From: an uncultured Gammaproteobacteria bacterium
GTDB lineage: Bacteria; Patescibacteriota; Patescibacteriia; Magasanikbacterales; UBA922
Reading direction: 5' to 3'
Length of the DNA: 64,000 nt
Assembly (NCBI GenBank): GCA_964566225.1
Contig: CAZMHV010000004.1
Coordinates: 248 to 64,247, forward strand
Part shown: positions 61,485 to 64,000 of the stretch, piece by piece
How positions within the stretch are numbered: the first letter of the stretch is position 1
Layout of the letters: each line of letters starts with the position of its first letter
The notes under the pieces: model-generated
Databases searched by the model: none
What the model saw: only the letters and a program-made list of their open reading frames with translations
Told to the model about the DNA's origin: nothing
Made by a program: the position numbers and the translations under genes

Positions 61485-61853
61485 ATGACGAAATCGATTT
61501 TCGTTGTTGACCACCCCTTTCAGCAGGTCAAGGTGATGACGGTCAACGAGGACGGAGAAATCTGTTCCTCGACCGGTGATCACCTCTATGACCTGTCGGA
61601 AGACGGGGACGAGGTCAGCACGTCCATCGACTACGCGAGGGCTTTTCCTCACGTGGCGTTTTACGAGCGCAAGCTCGATGATGCCAGTGGGGACAAGCCG
61701 TTCTTCAGTCTGAGCCAAGAGCGAGCGCAAAGCTTTGTCGATTTCAAGCAGGCGTGCCTGCGAGAGATCAACGACGCTGGCCTCGATGACACTGCTGCCG
61801 CAATCAAGCGGCAGAACGTCATCGACGCCCTGCGCACGCGCTTCGGCTTCTGA
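61485..61853 (+). CDS. Small acidic hypothetical protein (122 aa)
   Basis: ATG with GGAGG; GC3-rich codons begin at this ATG. Confidence 0.75.
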   Translation: MTKSIFVVDHPFQQVKVMTVNEDGEICSSTGDHLYDLSEDGDEVSTSIDYARAFPHVAFYERKLDDASGDKPFFSLSQERAQSFVDFKQACLREINDAGLDDTAAAIKRQNVIDALRTRFGF

Positions 61854-62380
61854 AGAGCGCGTAGTCGTATCCTCCCCTAGGTCTTGAGCAGATGAGGGGG
61901 AGTGAAAAAGAAAGCGGACCGGCAACGCGCCGACTGAGTGGGGAGAAAGATCTCACTTTGAGCTGCCAGCAACCGTGCAGCAAGACCGCAAGCTTAGGTT
62001 GGTAACCTCAACAACCAAAACTCGGGATTTGGCGATGTGCACACGTCGCCACCCAACACAAGCCCAGCAAAAATTTTTTTGAGGAGAGCACGATGAAACT
62101 CTCTCCTCGGAGTGCATGAAGATTTTCTTTGAAAATTTTTAGCTCCTTGAACGGATAATTGCTGTGCTGCTGTTGGGTGAAACGATTTTTATTTGAGAGA
62201 GAAATAAAAATTGAACCTAAATTCGTGTTATACGAAGTGTTCTTTGTAATTCATCTCGTGCTCTCTCCACCCAGAGAGTTTTTTTGTTTCAGACAAAAAA
62301 ACTTCTGCCGCTTTGAAAACATTTTTAGGAGTGTTTGATGAAGCGGCAGAAGTTTCTGAACACCAACAACTTTCTATGAC
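61854..62380 (+). ncRNA. Hairpin-tiled intergenic RNA containing a terminator switch
   Basis: TGGCGATGTG/CACGTCGCCA, CACCCAACA/TGTTGGGTG, perfect 15-bp AAACTTCTGCCGCTT/AAGCGGCAGAAGTTT; terminator 62260-62285. Confidence 0.6.
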
Positions 62381-62391
62381 GGAGGTGAAAC

Positions 62392-62904
62392 GTGGGAAAT
62401 CAGCCCACCAAAATCCTCGGCCGCTTGCGAAGCGGCGAGGTCGTGCAGGATCGGGCGCAGTCCCACCTGCACGCGGGAGTCATCGAGCTGCTCCCGGAAG
62501 TGCTCAGCTCGACCGATTCGCGCGGCAAGGCGAATTTCGTCCGTGAGTTCCGGTTCAATCGCGTGGTTGGTATCAACAACCGCGTGAAGACCGGAGCGAA
62601 CGACGAGATCGTCTTCGCCCAGCGCGTGGGGCGCACCGGGCTGTCGCGGTTCGTGAAGAATCGCCAGCCCGAGCCGACCCGGTATGTGACCGTCGTCCTC
62701 AACCGCCGCGCGAGTGGCGTGTATGAGGTGTTGACGGCCTACATCGGTTCGGCCGCCCCGCGCGAGCCATGGGATCCTCGCGCGGATCGAGAAGTCTCTG
62801 CACGGTTCTGGGCCTCCGAAGCGCTGCTTTGGGGCTCTGAGCCGGTCGTCGATGGAACTGAAACAACGAACATGCCGGATTCGTTCCGGCTCGAAGGAGT
62901 GTGA
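62392..62904 (+). CDS. Hypothetical protein (170 aa)
   Basis: GTG with GGAGGTGA; SHLH, R.GR.G.SRFV, TAYIG..AP.EPWD, FW...AL motifs. Confidence 0.8.
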   Translation: MGNQPTKILGRLRSGEVVQDRAQSHLHAGVIELLPEVLSSTDSRGKANFVREFRFNRVVGINNRVKTGANDEIVFAQRVGRTGLSRFVKNRQPEPTRYVTVVLNRRASGVYEVLTAYIGSAAPREPWDPRADREVSARFWASEALLWGSEPVVDGTETTNMPDSFRLEGV

Positions 62905-62907
62905 GAC

Positions 62908-64000
62908 ATGGCCGACCAGGCCACCCTGAAGCGGGCCATGGCACTCAAGCCCAAGATTGAGGCCAACACCAACGTCGTCCTGCGCGAGTTCATCAAGCGG
63001 GACGACATCGTGCGGGCAGTCTGGCTCGCGCTCCTCTCCGACTCCGCCGCGTTCTTCCTGGGCCCGCCGGGCGTCGCCAAGACCGCCACGGTGCAGCGCC
63101 TCGCGCGCGAGATCACCGGGTGCGTGTTCTTCGAGGCCCTGATGCCGGCCATCGTTTCGGCGGATCAGCTCTTCGTGGAGTCCACCTCCATCGAGGAGCA
63201 CCCGACGGACGACGGTGGCAAGGCCATCGCGGTCAAGAACAAGCTGGGGCGGGCCACCAAGGCGCACGTCTTCTTCGCCGACGAGGTGTGGAAGACCGAG
63301 CCGATGGTGCTCCAGCCCCTGCTCGACCTGGCCCGGGCCGACGGAGTCCGTCACGATGGGTCGTTCCATGCGACCCCGATCATGGCCTTCCTCGCCGCGT
63401 CGAACGAGCTGCCCGAAGAGGGGAGCAAGCTCGGCGCGATGTGGAGCCGGATGATCATTCGCGTGGACGTTCGGGGTCTCGACCGCTCCGGCCGCAAGGC
63501 CATGGTCGCCTCGCGTCTCCGTCAGGAACGCAAGGAGCCCGTGCCCCAGGCCACGACGAACGACCGCCTCAGCGTGGAGGACTTGAAACTCCTCCAGCAG
63601 GCGCGGCCGCACGTGGAGCTCCCCGACGAGATCATCGAGATCGTTCTCGACCTGATCGAGGAGTTGACGAAGCAGGACGAGGCTGGATTCGGTTGGCTCC
63701 GCGAGGACGACCGCCGGTTCGGATTCATCTGCGACGTCCTGCAGTCGGCTGCCCTGCTGGCCGGTCGCTCGGTCGTCACCAAGGCCGACCTCGCCGCGCT
63801 GGAGTGGATGATGTGGAATGAGCCGAGCCAGATCCCCGCGATCAAGGCCGTACTCGCCCCCCTCATTCGGACGCCGGCCGGCGAGGCACAGGAGATGGTC
63901 GACGCCCTCATGGCGCCGGATGGCGTAGTGGATGGCTTCCTGCAGAACAAGCACGAGAAGTCCACCGACGCCCTCCGGCAATGCCGGGAAACCATGGCGG
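62908..64000 (+). CDS. MoxR/RavA-like AAA+ ATPase, truncated by window end
   Basis: Read manually from ATG 62908 (AAGGAG upstream): Walker A GPPGVAKT, Walker B FADEVWK, ASNELPE; absent from ORF track. Confidence 0.9.
   Translation, partial: MADQATLKRAMALKPKIEANTNVVLREFIKRDDIVRAVWLALLSDSAAFFLGPPGVAKTATVQRLAREITGCVFFEALMPAIVSADQLFVESTSIEEHPTDDGGKAIAVKNKLGRATKAHVFFADEVWKTEPMVLQPLLDLARADGVRHDGSFHATPIMAFLAASNELPEEGSKLGAMWSRMIIRVDVRGLDRSGRKAMVASRLRQERKEPVPQATTNDRLSVEDLKLLQQARPHVELPDEIIEIVLDLIEELTKQDEAGFGWLREDDRRFGFICDVLQSAALLAGRSVVTKADLAALEWMMWNEPSQIPAIKAVLAPLIRTPAGEAQEMVDALMAPDGVVDGFLQNKHEKSTDALRQCRETMA

Noticed and set aside
58824-62391. Integron attC sites between island genes
   Set aside because: No consistent RYYYAAC...GTTRRRY-bounded hairpin after the stop codons and no integrase in the window; spacers are multi-hairpin and much longer
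57400-62400. CRISPR array near the Csx15-like gene
   Set aside because: No regularly spaced direct repeats seen anywhere in the window
62374-63981. 535-aa minus-strand ORF
   Set aside because: Antisense shadow of the AAA+ gene, whose + frame carries Walker A and B motifs

Overview
AT-rich bacterial chromosome segment (code 11). Gene content and the near absence of Shine-Dalgarno motifs suggest Patescibacteria/CPR (Parcubacteria-like); this is an inference. Bases 1-57,100 are mostly housekeeping: four tandem ABC-2 permeases, a PilB/GspE ATPase, thrS behind a T-box with a MITE in its leader, miaB/miaA among large orphan genes, gatB, a dTTP operon, rplA/rplK/nusG/secE, gyrB, rodA, rplY, gyrA and rpsA. 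Two things stand out. (1) An attenuator-controlled operon runs amidohydrolase-argH-aspA-pyrD-pyrE-pyrF with no carAB/pyrB/pyrC, which may be an undescribed arginine/fumarate route into pyrimidine synthesis. (2) From about 57,370 to the window end, a promoter divergent from a TrmB-family gene drives a co-oriented run of very GC-rich genes with strong SD sites: a tandem Csx15-like protein, a 2TM-SAVED-like protein, a RavA-like AAA+ ATPase and unknowns. These genes are separated by 250-780 nt spacers tiled almost entirely by RNA hairpins, including terminator/antiterminator switches. All protein assignments come from motif recognition by eye; no searches were run.
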